Below, piece by piece: positions 26,212 through 40,775 of a stretch of DNA of 64,000 bases. The position numbers and the translations under genes were made by a program. How positions within the stretch are numbered: the stretch's first letter is position 1; every line of letters starts with the position of its first letter. Source of the DNA: Octopus vulgaris (lineage: Eukaryota). The DNA is taken from assembly GCA_951406725.2 (NCBI GenBank), contig OX597830.1, positions 7,378,001 to 7,442,000 on the forward strand, given 5' to 3'. Under the pieces are notes generated by a model. That model was given only the letters and a program-made list of their open reading frames with translations, ran no database searches and was not told the DNA's origin.

Positions 26212-27812
26212 TATTTTTTTTACCACAAGAGAGATATTTTTTCCGCAGTAGCTGCAGTAAATTTGCCTTTTATCATTTGAAATATGTCACAAAAATATTT
26301 TAACTAACCTAAGCTTTGCTTATATACACACACATATATATATATATATATATACGCACACACGCATACACCCACCTACACACACACACACATATGTATG
26401 TGTTGGTACACACATATATATGTGAGTAGGTGGGGTTTGTTTGTGTACATGTAAAGTGATGCTCAAACGCCTTTCTCAAACACTGACCAACAATATTGTA
26501 CATAAAAGTCGTTATAATTGACCAATTTAAAGTACAATATATATGTCAATTGTTTCGCAGCATATAATCACCAAATTAACCGGGGCCTTAAAAGGAATTT
26601 ACACTTTTACGGCTTAGCATATGTTGCCTAAAAAGTTACTAGGAAATCGCATTTAGGCAAATAAATGATTACCTCAAATTTAATATTGATCAAGCAAAAC
26701 AAGGATAACGTTTGCCACAGAGACAGACATTGGAGAAGAACCACGGGAAACTATGCTGCATTGTCTCCGTAATTTCGTCACAGCAGTAGCTTTGCTTGTG
26801 CTATTACCAATAGTTGTGCTATTCGGTATTATCAGCAAATATAACATTTCTGTAGTGTGTCCATCTACATATGCATTATGAGCGCGCGCAATAACTGTAT
26901 ATAGACAAATACATCTATATATATACGTAAGTAAGTGCGCGAAACAGACGAAAAGTATAAGGAATACAAACATTAATTATGTATTAGAATTATTTGAAGT
27001 TTTGAAGGCTTGTAACAGCAGTCTGTTATTAAAAATATTCGCTTAAGAAAAGAAAAGAATGGGTTTCAAACACCATTGTGAGATCATAGCACCTTCAGTT
27101 GGACGGATAGACACTTTTTTGAAGTCGTGAGTTCTCTTCAGCGGCAGACACCATTATTGAAAACCGTTATTTTAAATATAGGAACATGTTCAATATTTGT
27201 CTCTTTTCTTGGGGGTTATCTCGTTATTAACTCTTTTCTGCGATAGGGATTATAAATTTACAAGTCCATTAGGTTCTATCATAAAAACAACATTTGAGGG
27301 ATAAAGGTGAATTGTTGCATGTTTTGCTGTAAGACGCGAAGGATGTTGGGAATGATTTTTATAACTAATGAAATCACCAACGCCTTACGCAGCGTTGTGT
27401 TCTGGATGATCGTATGATTTTACGTATCTTTTTAATTTATGTTAGAAATTTCCGATTAATGAAGATTATAAAGTTAATGCTTTTTCAGGAAAACTTTGTA
27501 AAGAATGTGGTGGTAGCCTCACAGGACCACATTCCAGTGACTCAAACAAGTAAATATATTATATGCATGTGTATGTGTGTGTATGTGTGCGTGTATGTGT
27601 GTGTAGATATATAAATAGATAATATGTACATACCTACATATATACATACTTGTGTGTATACCGTTACCCAATATGACCAGAATCAAATAAGTAACGCTAA
27701 AAGGAAATGCATTTATGTACATACACAAATGTATATACATTTATACATATACAGAACTATATACATACATATGCAAGCATAAATATATTGTATAATATGC
27801 ATGTGTATATAA

Positions 27813-27894
<82 letters not shown>

Positions 27895-27943
27895 GTATTA
27901 TATATATATATATACATAACCACTCATATATACACACACACAC

Positions 27944-27982
<39 letters not shown>

Positions 27983-28261
27983 TGTGTAAATACAAGCACA
28001 CACACACACACATACGGAGAGGTAGGAGGAGAGGAAAAGAAAGATGGAAGATGGAAAGTAAAATAGATAGAGACTGGATGAAAATGGGTTAAGAAAGAGC
28101 AAAACTTTGGCAAGGCGTCGGAGAATAAAAAAATATAAAGGAAAGAAAAGAAAAAGAAACGCAGCCAAGAGCTACGTAAAATGAAAGAGTCTGAATGAGA
28201 AAAAGTGATAAATATGTAATCCATAATCGAAGTACAAGTAGGAAAACTGTATCTTCTGGAT

Positions 28262-28299
<38 letters not shown>

Positions 28300-28313
28300 T
28301 ACATATGTACATA

Positions 28314-28381
<68 letters not shown>

Positions 28382-28667
28382 AATATATATATGTATATGT
28401 ATGTAAATATGTAAAGGTGGCCGCGAAGAAACGGCAAGGAAAAACGATATCGTTATAGAGTTGTCCGCTAGAATGAAGATGAAAGCGACATAAACCGTTG
28501 CCACTCCCACCGCCAGAGACACGAAGGCCAGTGAAAGACAAAATGGCGAAACAATGTGTCGCCATTTTGTTTTGAAGCCGAACACTTGCTATTGTTCACC
28601 ACCGTACACTTGTACGATTTATAGGTTTGTTTGTGTGTGTGTGAGTTTTGTGTGTGCGTATGTGAGT

Positions 28668-28703
<36 letters not shown>

Positions 28704-28960
28704 CTTATATAGATACACGTATAACATGTATATACACGTATATATCTATATAAAAATCGCTATATATATATCTGTGTGTGTGTGTGTGTGTATACCCCAA
28801 ATTGTTTTTCTCTTTTGTATGTTTAATCACTTTAATCATACAAATCGCTACACGTACGTATTCGCACGCACAAAGGTATTGAGTGATGTATCTGGAAGTG
28901 TGCACACAGGCACGCACACACACGCACACACACACACACTCCGATACAGATGTATGTATG

Positions 28961-29032
<72 letters not shown>

Positions 29033-29156
29033 ATACACACAAATACATACATGCACATGTATGTGTATATATGTGTGTATATGTATATATATATATAAAC
29101 AAACACACATAGATACCTATGTACATATCTATATATACTTACGTGCACACACGTTT

Positions 29157-29189
<33 letters not shown>

Positions 29190-29436
29190 CATCTATGTAT
29201 GCATGTATGTATATACACACACAAACACACTCACAGATACACGCACGTATGTCTGTTGGTGACGATTTTCCAGACTGCTTCTCTCGCGTTATTCTTTTGA
29301 TCATCGTCTGGCGACCTCGGTTTCGCTCAGATATTTGAAAACGGAGAAGTTAAGGCGGAGAAATGAAAACAAGCAACAAATAGACGTTTAAAAACACAAC
29401 GTCAACAACAACAACAACAACAACAACAACAGCCGT

Positions 29437-29498
<62 letters not shown>

Positions 29499-29742
29499 CA
29501 GCAGCAGCCACTCAGAGTGTTCGTATATACATTGTCGGAATTGGTGTGTGTATATTATTTAGAATGAACGTATGTACGTAGGTATGTGCGTAGAAACTTT
29601 TTAATTTGTTTTGTGTATGTGCGTGTGTATGTGTGTGTGTGCATGAGCATTTATGAATATATATACAGATGGATATATTGTGTGTCGATGTGAATGTATA
29701 TGTAAGCGTGTATATATTTGTGGAGATATGTGAGTACATAAT

Positions 29743-29774
<32 letters not shown>

Positions 29775-29833
29775 AATATTATATATACATACATGTACAT
29801 ATGCAGGTGCTTCTATGTGTATGTATGTGTATA

Positions 29834-29869
<36 letters not shown>

Positions 29870-29965
29870 TGTATGTATATGTATGTATGTATGTATGTGT
29901 GTATGTATGTTTGTATGTAGGTATGTAGGTATGTAGGTATGTATGTGTGTATGTGTGTATGTATA

Positions 29966-30465
29966 GGCGCAGAAGTGACTGCGCGGAAACTTGCTTCCTA
30001 ACCACATGGTTCCAAGTTCAGTCCCACTGCGTGTGTGTTCTACTGAATCCTCGGTTCAACCAAAGCCTTGTGAGTGGATTTGGTAGAAAGAAACTGAAAG
30101 AAGCCCATCCTCTATAGAAACTACTGCTACTGTTGTTGTTGTTGTCAAAGTTGTTATTGATTTTTAAAGAGACTGTTGGTTGTTTTTAGTCCTCCACTTC
30201 AACTTTCCGTTTTCTCTCTATATATATGTGTGTGTGTGTGTGTCTGTGTTTGTGTGTGTATGTGTCTGTATATGTCCCCCACCATCGCCTGACAACCGCT
30301 GTTGGTGTGTTCACGACCCCGTAACTTAGCAGTTCGGCAAAAGAAACCGATAGAATAAGTACTAGGCATACAAAGAATAAGGCCTGCAGTCGATTTGTTC
30401 GACTGAAGGCGGTGCTCCAGCATGGCCGCATTTAAATAACTGAAACAAGTAAACGAATAAAAGAA
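29966..30465 (+). mobile_element. family B SINE with ~120-bp interruption
   Basis: Head 29966-30110, tail 30240-30465. Confidence 0.8.
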
Positions 30466-30624
30466 TATATATATAACTCCATTTATGTCTATCCTCTTAT
30501 GTGTATTTGAGTGTGTATATCTCTCAAACCGTGTATTACTATGTCCGGTCTATGTGCATATAGCTCTGCCTGTATAGGTATGTTTTTCCTAAGTGTGTCA
30601 GTGTGCATACATATGTTTAAATGT

Positions 30625-30683
<59 letters not shown>

Positions 30684-30801
30684 TATATATATGTGTGTGT
30701 GTATATATATGTACATATATATATATATATATACATATATCTGTATATATATAATATATATATATACATATATATATATGTATTTATGTGCATACATACA
30801 C

Positions 30802-30846
<45 letters not shown>

Positions 30847-30853
30847 AATACAC

Positions 30854-30930
<77 letters not shown>

Positions 30931-31169
30931 AATACACATATGTATACATATAATACACACACACAGACTGATACACACTCTTTTGCTTACACACAAAACC
31001 TTACATTCACACGCTCAGGGAATCTAACACAAGTTCAAACTTACACATACCTTCACACACGCATATGCATGCACACAGATAGATGAGCACAGACACACAC
31101 ATACATTCACACTTGTGCACGAACAAGTACACACTCATATATATGCGCGTGCACACGCAAACACACGCG

Positions 31170-31224
<55 letters not shown>

Positions 31225-31688
31225 AGCAAAAACGGGTAGAAAGTACCTCGCCGAGGATGAAAAGATGTGCGGCGTGTGTCAGCGAATATTTAAAGCCCAG
31301 GTAGGCGGGTAGAAACGGGGTGCGTGGTGTTGGTGTGCGGGTGAGAGGTGGGGGGGGGGACGGTGTCTTGTAGTGACTAAGTTAGGTTATTTATTGTTGT
31401 ACCCAGTGATACTGAGAGAATTTGCAACAACGCGAATGATTCTCGCATGTCTCAAATGGAGACCGCTTTGTCTGTCTGCCTGGAAGCACGCAAACGTGTG
31501 TGTGTACACAAACACATACACACACACGCACACACACGTATATATATGTATATATGTATGTCATATATATATATGTATATGCATGCATACGCTAACGCAC
31601 ATAGCCACATATAAATACATACACGCACACAAACATTCACACACACATACACACAGGCACACAGACACACACACAAATACACAAACAT

Positions 31689-31730
<42 letters not shown>

Positions 31731-32650
31731 GTATATATGTATGTATGTCATATATATATATATATATACATGCATACACTCACGCACCAATCCATATATA
31801 TATAAATACATACACGCACATACGCACACACACACTCGCATAAACATTTACATGCAGATATGTCTGTGCGCTTGTGTGTGTGTTTGTGTGATGTTGATGG
31901 GTAAAAGCGCATGGTCTGATAGTTAGGATGTTAGTTTTGTAAAGTTGTAGCTTGAAACCCCGAGAACCGATTGGCGCGGCATTTCATTTGTATTTGTTCC
32001 TCCGAAAATGGCTTTCATCGAAACCACAACCACCAACGCTATCATCATTAGCTCTTGGGAAGGACTGGTGTGCTATTACCAGAGGGACGCGGAATTGAGC
32101 AATCACCGGCCCAATCGTCCTGAAGAGCTTGAATACCTCTCGCCTGAGGAGTCCAAAGGCTCGAAACATTGTTTACTTTATTGAACATACAGGCGCAGGA
32201 GTGGCTGCGTAGTAACTTGTTTACCAACCACATGGCTCACCCGACTTCTCAAGTAGTGAATCCAGGACCATGTGGCTGAGGAGCAGACTTCTTACCACAC
32301 AGCCAAATGTCCCCCTATATATATATATATCTTTATTTATTTATACACACTGGAGTGAGTGGACAAACAAAAGTAAAAGGCATTAGTAGGAGTTACATAC
32401 TTTGTTATTTAAAGTGGTTTGATTCGGTTCCATGCGACTAGAAGTTTCGCAGGTTATAAACAGAAACCTGGCTCGATGCGGCTCAGATTGCAGATGGCAA
32501 CTGGTAAATCGGCTGCTATTAGTCAAGGCAAGTTATATGGTGTTGTTAGAAATAAGATTATCATTTCAGTAACATCAGATTTCTTTGACTGCGTGGATGC
32601 ACAGCAAACTAGTGGTGCCTTGCTGTCTGGGAGGCCATTGTGGGGACTTG

Positions 32651-32681
<31 letters not shown>

Positions 32682-33671
32682 TTGTTCTTTAAAAAGTGAT
32701 ATATTTGAATTTGATTGAAGAGTATGTATCTCTTGGAGATGGATTCTAATCCGATATTTTGCACAACAATAATGTTTAATGAGGCAGATAATGTTAACAG
32801 TTGGTGGAGGTATTCAAAGGTACACTTGATCTTGAAATCCTTCATGCAACTGATCTGAGTTGGCTCGTTGAACACTGATGGGATTACTACTAATGTTCAC
32901 CAATAGAACTTATGGAAATGATGTTCATAAATGTCAATGGTATTAGTGTTCACAAGTAACTGATGTTCAACGATGTGGATGAAGTTTTCACTAATTGCAT
33001 TCAAATTGTCTGTTGCGGAGCTGATGTTGTCCTTTACCAATATAGTTAATTTTCATTCATGTGGCTTGTGTCTATTTCGCAATTGCAACCAACAGAAATA
33101 TTTATAAACGTAAATGGCCTTATTGTTCACCAATAATTGATGTTCAATACTGCAGTTAATGTCGTTAATGCGTGAATTTTGGTGCAATTTAGGTTACTCT
33201 CCAGCAACAGAATTTATGTTCACCGTTATGGTTTATATTGATGGTCAGTAAAGAGAATGATATAACTGTCCACGAAAGGAAACAATGCCGAAAAAATATT
33301 CTGGTTAAAGAATTTATCATATTTAGGTTATAGGGTGGATTTTACTAAAGTATGTTTCTTTTCCTGATTCTTTGTTGAGATTCAAGCATTATTGCATCCG
33401 ATTTGCATTGTATTTAAATATACTTTTTTTTCCGAAGATAATCTAAAGTTTCCTACTAATATATCTTTTTTAATAACTTTCGATAGCCAGATGAATTTTT
33501 AATGTATCATTTTAGTTTTCTCTATGGACTGTTTGAACAATCATACAAAAAATTAATCAAATTTTTCGTGAGCTTCGGCAGGGATTCTGAAACCAAATTC
33601 TTTTTTAAAATGTTAAATAATTTTACTTGAAATTTATTTACTTGTTCTTTAATTTTCATTTTATATATAGA

Positions 33672-33783
33672 GGCGCAGGAGTGGCTGCGTGGTAAGTAGC
33701 TTGCTTACCAACCACATTGTTCCGGGTTCAGTTCCTCGGGCCGACCAAAGCCTTGTAAGTGGATTTGGTAGACCGAATCTGAA

Positions 33784-33858
<75 letters not shown>

Positions 33859-34086
33859 TATGTGTGTGTGTGTATGTTTGTGTGTCTGAGTTTGTTCCCC
33901 CACCATCATTTGACAATTGATGTTGGTGTGTTTACGTCCCCGTAACATAGCGGTTCGTCAAAAGAGATCGATCGAATAAGTACTAAGCTTACAAAGAGTA
34001 AGTCCTGGTGTCGATTTGTTCGACTAAAGGCGGTGCTCCAGCATGACCGCAGTCAAAAGACTGAAACAAGTAAAAGAACAAAAGAA
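33672..34086 (+). mobile_element. family B SINE
   Basis: Matches the consensus; internal deletion in the 5' half. Confidence 0.85.
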
Positions 34087-34972
34087 TCTATTATCTATCC
34101 ACCTATATACATATACTTTTAAAGTTATCTCATCAGATTTTCTACAAAATTTAGAGCCACCACTGAAAGTTACGGCGTTCCGTATACGAATACGTCTCGG
34201 TAAATAATACGATCGTTGAAAGAAAATTAAGTATATTCATGTTTCAGAAATTATTGCTGCTTCTTCAGTAACATATCCAAACCATTAACCATCCACCAAC
34301 AACATTGGTTAAATAGTCACTAAATTTAGCTGTATCAACACTATTGGCTTGACCATTTTACTAATCAAACATTCCTGGCAACTAGTCAGTATATATTAAT
34401 TGCCTGTAGCAAGATCGTATTTTGTTTTGCAAACATTTCTAAGTATATTATAAAGATTTAAAAGACAATACCGTTTCGTGTTACAGTTTGTGTTAGCAGC
34501 GCGATTTAATCATTTTAAAGATTTCTACTAATTTCTGGAATTACGTAATCAGCCCCATTAGATTACGGCTATCTCTGCAATAAGGTGCTGGGTATTCAGA
34601 GTTGCATGTTTGAGTATAATCTCAGAGCCTCCTCGGAACTTCTACAATAAAGTGCTACTTATTTGAAAAAGAAGTCACATATACGGAAAATATCGTAAAA
34701 TATATGTGGTATACGCATTTACGTGTTCTTCGCGGATGATTTTGCGTTCAAGTCATACTGAAGTCAATTGACCGTACCAATTTGGACTCGATCTCATAAA
34801 TACCAGTCGTATATCGCGACGATATGAATGAGCAGCTTAGAGGACACATTCCGAAAGAAAGAGTCATCTTTACAAAAGAATTCTCCATTGTATTCAACAA
34901 ATTGTTCTTTCTGCTGTAGATGTTGTTATTGTTCTTGGTTTTGAGGCTGTTGATGTTGTTTGTTGTCATCAC

Positions 34973-35116
<144 letters not shown>

Positions 35117-35216
35117 TATTATTATTATCATGCAAATTGTGAACTTGCTTCGCAGTATCACTGAGTTCATCGGGGAAACTGCCTAAGGGACTTGTGAGCT
35201 GTTAGTTGTTTATGTG

Positions 35217-35266
<50 letters not shown>

Positions 35267-35352
35267 GAGCTGTTGCTACTCTTTGTTGCTATTGTAGTAA
35301 TTTGTTGCCATCGTTGTCATCAACAACAATACAAAAACAACTACTACTGTTG

Positions 35353-35407
<55 letters not shown>

Positions 35408-35576
35408 AGCTACTACTGTGTCTTCTATGCTGTTCAGGTACATCTACTTCACCTCCAAGCCCTTAACATAAGAGCTACTGCACTCAAAGGAATAGATTCC
35501 AAAAGGTTTCTGTCATGACGAGAATGTCCACCTCCTCCCTCTCCTCCCCTTTACTTCCCATTCACCTCCGCTCTTA

Positions 35577-35682
<106 letters not shown>

Positions 35683-36149
35683 GCGTCTCTCTCAATGTGA
35701 CAATGATAAAAACAAAATAAAACCAACCACCACCACAAAGAAAAAAATATACACACAAAATGAAATAAATAAATAAATACCGAAATAGCTGTTGCCGGTT
35801 TTGAAAGAGGTCAATCCGCCCTCTTTCCTAACTTTACAAACTTCGGGTCCGCCTTCCCAGACGCTTGTAACAATATATTTGGACATTTTCTACGGAAGGC
35901 CAGTAAGGCCGTATTTTTTCATAACCAAGCGTAGGCACTTTTGACTACAGGCATGTTTTTGTGTTTTGTATTGTTTTAGCCCGAATCTTTGTTATGTGAA
36001 TTTTTTTCTGTGCAGGTAAGACATCGATTTTCTGGAAGCTTTAATCCCTAATCCTTTGCAGATCCTTGAGAGTTTTCGAACCAAGGGTGCTCACGTTGGT
36101 CAAGAAATTCTAAATTAAACAAATATCAAATTTATTTGAATAACGACCG

Positions 36150-36435
36150 CCTTCAGTTATGAATGACCATGGGGTTGCACCTAGATTGTCACCCTCTGAG
36201 GCACAAATCCAGACAAGGTTGGTTATAGAAGAACAGCAGTCGCCCCTGCATGGCAGCCGCCCCTCTCCATGCCATCAATGTTATCCAAGGAAAGGGCAAA
36301 CACCGACACAGCTTGGCACCTGTGACATCGCAACTCATTTCTACAGCTGAGTAAACCGGAGGAACGTAATATAGAGTCTTGCTCAAGAACACAGCGAACA
36401 GCCAAGTCCGGGGATCGAACTCACTATTTCATGAT
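36150..36435 (-). mobile_element. SINE with V-domain-like core
   Basis: Minus strand: gttcgatccccggac B box, tgtgttcttgagcaagac, actcagctgtagaaatgag. Confidence 0.7.
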
Positions 36436-36574
36436 TAACTGAATTACAGGTATCTCTATATAAATGTAAATAGTGTGGATTATTTGAAGTTCCGGGATAT
36501 CAGTGTCTGAAGACTTAACGCTGTACTTGTCTTAAATCCCTGCCAGTCACGTGACGGGGAGCTCGCAAAATTGT

Positions 36575-36760
36575 TACCTTGCCGGTAAAATAAGCTTAAC
36601 GGCATTCCTTCCGTCTTCATGTTCTGAGATCAAATACCGCCACAGTCGACCTTTTGTTCTTTCGGGGTCGATAAAATAAGTACCAGTCGAATACTGGTCA
36701 ATATAATCAACCAGTCCGCATCCTAGAAATTGCTGGCCTCGTGCCAAAATTCGCAATCGG
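36575..36760 (+). mobile_element. family A SINE
   Basis: Meta-like core ttcggggtcgataaaataagtacc. Confidence 0.75.
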
Positions 36761-36810
36761 TTACATGATGGGTAATGTTGACAAAATAATTTTTACTTGT
36801 GTGGATAAAA

Positions 36811-37206
36811 TCTTTATATATAAAAGTGAGGTTGTGTGCTGTCTGTCTCCTACGATTTAGATTCCTAACTACTCCCACATTTTGCGGTGCAGTTTAACCA
36901 AAAGCGGGTATCTTATAGTCGTGATTCATATCGAGCCCTTCTGGGTATTAGCGCGCGTCTACGATGAGTCTACGATTTTTAAAAAAATTACCATAATTTT
37001 TTCCCATTTTTAATGCATTTTTTTGCTATTATATAAGGGAAGTAACTCGCGTCTACGATGAGTCTACGATTTAAAAAAAAATTACCATAATTTTTCCGCA
37101 TTTTTAGTGCATTTTCGCTCGGTTTATATAAGGGAAGTAACTCTCTATAAATGCTTATATAGTTATTTCCCTTACAAACCCGAGCAACGCCGGGCGATAC
37201 TGCTAG
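36811..37206 (+). mobile_element. non-autonomous Helitron
   Basis: A|TCTTTATATATAAAAG 5' end; 3' hairpin cccgagcaacgccggg then CTAG|T; no TSD; internal ~90-bp tandem duplication. Confidence 0.85.
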
Positions 37207-37422
37207 TAAGTTATAAAGGTAAAATAATTCGAATCTTATAACACTATTCCCAAATTTTATGGCATTCAATAAAAAAAAAGTATGAAATAAATATATTTCT
37301 TAATTTGAAATGAAATAGAAACAAAGTTTTTCATTTGCAAATTTGCAATAAGTATATTTTATCAATAACAAAATAAACAATAATAAACTTCTGAACGAGC
37401 ATCAAACAGTAGCAACACGGAA

Positions 37423-37599
37423 TCGTGAAGTATATGTGCCACCTGAAGGGACGATGCTTTTGTTGATTATAGCCCCAAGAAGACATCTCCTCCAATGTGC
37501 CGTTAGCCATCCGAAGGAGAAGACTTCCTGGAGCTATAAACAACAGTAGCATCGTCCCCTATGGGTCCGCCACATTTAGGAGACAAATATACTTCACGA
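37423..37599. mobile_element. fold-back element related to 52012-52336
   Basis: Arms tcgtgaagtatat..gggacgatgcttttgttgattatagcccc / ggagctataaacaacagtagcatcgtccc..atatacttcacga. Confidence 0.7.
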
Positions 37600-37608
37600 A
37601 CAATACTA

Positions 37609-37971
37609 TCTTTTACTTGTTTCAGTCATTTGATTGTGGACATGCTGGAGCACCGCCTTTAGTCGAGCAAATCGACCCCACGACTCATTCTTTGTAAGCC
37701 TAGTACTTATTATATCGGTCTCTTTTGCCAAACCGCAAAGTTACGGGGATGTAAACACACCAACATCGGTTGTCAAGCGATGTTGGGGGGACAAACACAG
37801 ACACACAAACACACACACGCATATATATACATATACCAAATCCACTCACAAGGCTTTGGTCGACCCGAGGCTATAGTAGAAGACACTTGCCCAAAATGCT
37901 ACACAGTGGGAATGAACCCACAACCATGTGGTTGGTAAGCAAGCTACTTACCACACAGCCACTCCTACGCC
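37609..37971 (-). mobile_element. family B SINE
   Basis: Reverse complement of the consensus. Confidence 0.85.
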
Positions 37972-38616
37972 TAAATAAATGACAGATGTAATTGCATTGA
38001 GTGGTAAATGCGTGTTCTTCAAACTAATTGTGATGACAGCTATTGTATAGTAACCAAGGGAGACATATCCTATTAGATCAGAGTTATTTACCTTTGAAGG
38101 ATGGATGAATAGTGAGAGGGTGTGGGGAGAGAGACTGCTCACTCAACAAGTAAATGTTTCAATGTTGGTCACATGTTACTTTAAGGACAAAGAGCTTTGT
38201 AATTTTCAGCGTCTCATTAATTTAGTTGAACTTCAAATCAGTTCAGATCAAGAACACCTAAGATCAAAAGCTTTCCAGTTGTGACGATCACATATTGTTT
38301 ATTCATGATCCCCTTATTCTACATGTAGTTTGATTTGCAAATCTTTTCGACCCGAGAGGCCTGGTATAATATGTCTTGCTCGAGGAAGAAGTAAATATTC
38401 CAATAACCACTTCAAATACTGATGAGAACGAAAGACGCCGATGGTAGTTTAGCAAAAGGGACCTGTCTTGAGATTAGCATAAAACAGTCTACAAAAGGTA
38501 CCAGATCGGACGGACAAGAGTTTCAAATCTCACAATTGTGATTGTTGTCTATCGTTTGATCAACCTTTTCGGAGGGAAAATCTGTGTTTAATGATTCTAG
38601 TTGTGACCACTCTATT

Positions 38617-38690
<74 letters not shown>

Positions 38691-38699
38691 CTTATATAT

Positions 38700-38942
38700 G
38701 CGCCCTTTTAAAGCCTCGTCAGGCTCATGTGCCCGGTTTCCCGGTCTCTATGATGTATGTGTTCCCCAGGCAGACGGGACGCCAGTCCATCGCAGCATTA
38801 CTCATCTTTGCCAGCTGAGAAGACTGGAGCAACGTGAAATGAAATGTTTTGCTCAAGAACACAACGCGTCGCCCGGTCCAGGAATCGAAACCACAATCTT
38901 GATGCTGAAACCCTAACCTAACCACTAAGCCACCCGCCACCA
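38700..38942 (-). mobile_element. SINE with V-domain-like core
   Basis: Minus strand: gtggcttagtggttagg A box, ggtttcgattcc B box, gcgttgtgttcttgagcaaaacatttcatttcacgttgctccagtc. Confidence 0.8.
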
Positions 38943-39649
38943 CTTATATATAGCTTAAAATACTTTTATTTATGTGTTCTCCTTTTAAGACGTTCGTGCG
39001 TCATTTGAAGAATTTGGTTGCTGTTTTACTGATCGAGCGATCATTAAGTGTGCATCATATTTGCTCTGACATTTGTTTAAAGATTAGACGAGGACTGACC
39101 AATCAATAAAAACCTTACCGGCCCAACCTTCTTTCACGCTTGAGGTAATGAAGCTGTAATTTACACAAATTGTAAGATCGTTAAGACAATGCTTCGTTTT
39201 CACAGACTTTCGTTTATATATTATACCTCTCTCTCTCAACGCTCTTGCTCGATTGGGTGGGTGGGGGTGGGGTCATCTTAGGTTAGCGGCCCCAATGGTG
39301 TCTGCGTGCGTACAACCGCCGGTCATTTCTGCCAGTACCACTATCGTTGGCGGGCCCTGCCATCCCCTCTGCACCCTCCAAGGTGACATCTAGCCTCTAG
39401 CGATATTCTTTAAACACATCCACCCATCTGGTGTATTAAACCAAAACAAATAACATGGCACTTTGGCCCACTTGATCCCAATGGATTTGAGAGTTATTTT
39501 TAAGTGTCATGTGACGTTTCTTTCCTTTTAAATAACTTAGTCATACTAAGAAGAGTAGTGCCTACGGCCCTTTTCCTGCCTCCAGAGACCAGTGAGATGG
39601 AAGGGAAATCTTATTCTTAGAACAGGGGCCTATCCTCAATTCTTTAAAT

Positions 39650-39928
39650 CAGTGACTCTCGGCCATATTTTTTTATCTATGGATTCCTTTGTTTAACATT
39701 TTATTCTGGTGGACCCCTATAGCCATTCAATGTTTAAAAACTAATTTTGGGTAAACTGTGTCCGAGAAAGAAACCGAGCCTTTCTAGCAGTACATACGTT
39801 TGGATCAAAACATTTCATGGACCCTTAAAATACAACTGTAGATCTCCATTTTACTATTTTGCTAGCGTGGACCCCAAAATCTTCTATGGACCATCAGAGG
39901 CCATAACGACACACGTTGAAAACCACTG
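39650..39928. mobile_element. hAT-like MITE
   Basis: cagtgactctc / gaaaaccactg ends; TSD-like ctttaaat/ctttaggt; internal ggaccc motifs as in 17293-17753. Confidence 0.65.
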
Positions 39929-40335
39929 CTTTAGGTAGAGCGGACCCTGTTAAAGAAAACTAATGGCCAAGAGCTTTGTTGTTAAACGAGGCGATTGATT
40001 AAATTTATGCACCCAAAACAAGGATCGTATCTTTAAAGGACTTTCACTCAGTTTCTGTCAACGGTATTACTGACAAATCTTTGGTTGTACCCAAACAGAG
40101 GTAGGAGGAATCCTTTAAGGCATTGCGTTGGATGATCGACCACAGAACCACGTTGTTGCGAAGTGTACTTCTTCAACGCACAACAATATCTGCATCTATA
40201 AACAATCCCAATTTCTTAAATATAAGCCTTACAAGAACATGATTCTATTAAAATTTCTGACCAAATGGCAAAATATGTTGAAATATTATAATGTATGCAT
40301 AGTAATTTATTATAATATATATATATATATATATA

Positions 40336-40729
40336 GGCGTAGGAGTGGCTGTGGTAAGTAGCTTGCTTATGAACCACATGGTTCTGGATTCAGTCCCACA
40401 GCATGGCACCTTGGGCAAGTGTCTTCTACTATAGCCTCGGGCTGACCAAAACCTTGTGAGTGGATTTGGTAGACGGAAAGTGAAAGAAGCCCCTCGTATA
40501 TATATATGTGTGTGTGTTTGTGTATCTGTGTTTGTCCCCCCAACATCCCTTGACAACCGATACTGGTATGTCTACGTCCCCGTAACTTAGCGGTTCGGCA
40601 AAGAGACTGATAGAATAAGTACTAGGCTTACAAAGAATAAGTCCTGGGGTCGATTTGCTCGACTAAAGGCGGTGCTCCAGCATGGCCACAGTCAAATGAC
40701 TGAAACAAGTAAAAGAGTAAAGAGTAAGA

Positions 40730-40730
<1 letters not shown>
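40336..40730 (+). mobile_element. family B SINE, full length and young
   Basis: Near-consensus copy, inserted in (TA)n. Confidence 0.9.

Positions 40731-40775
<45 letters not shown>

Noticed and set aside
31222-31305. CGVCQRIFK as a C2H2 zinc-finger exon
   Set aside because: No His pair and no splice acceptor upstream (only CA repeat)
32425-32490. Minus-strand caggtt..aacctgc-GAAAC-ttcta-GTC hammerhead half
   Set aside because: CUGANGA core not recognisable
32760-33250. Recurrent tgatgttca motif as a coding repeat or CRISPR-like array
   Set aside because: Irregular spacing, degenerate, stops throughout; looks like an old minisatellite
38410-38450. CTGATGA-gaac-GAAA minimal hammerhead
   Set aside because: Stems I and III do not pair convincingly
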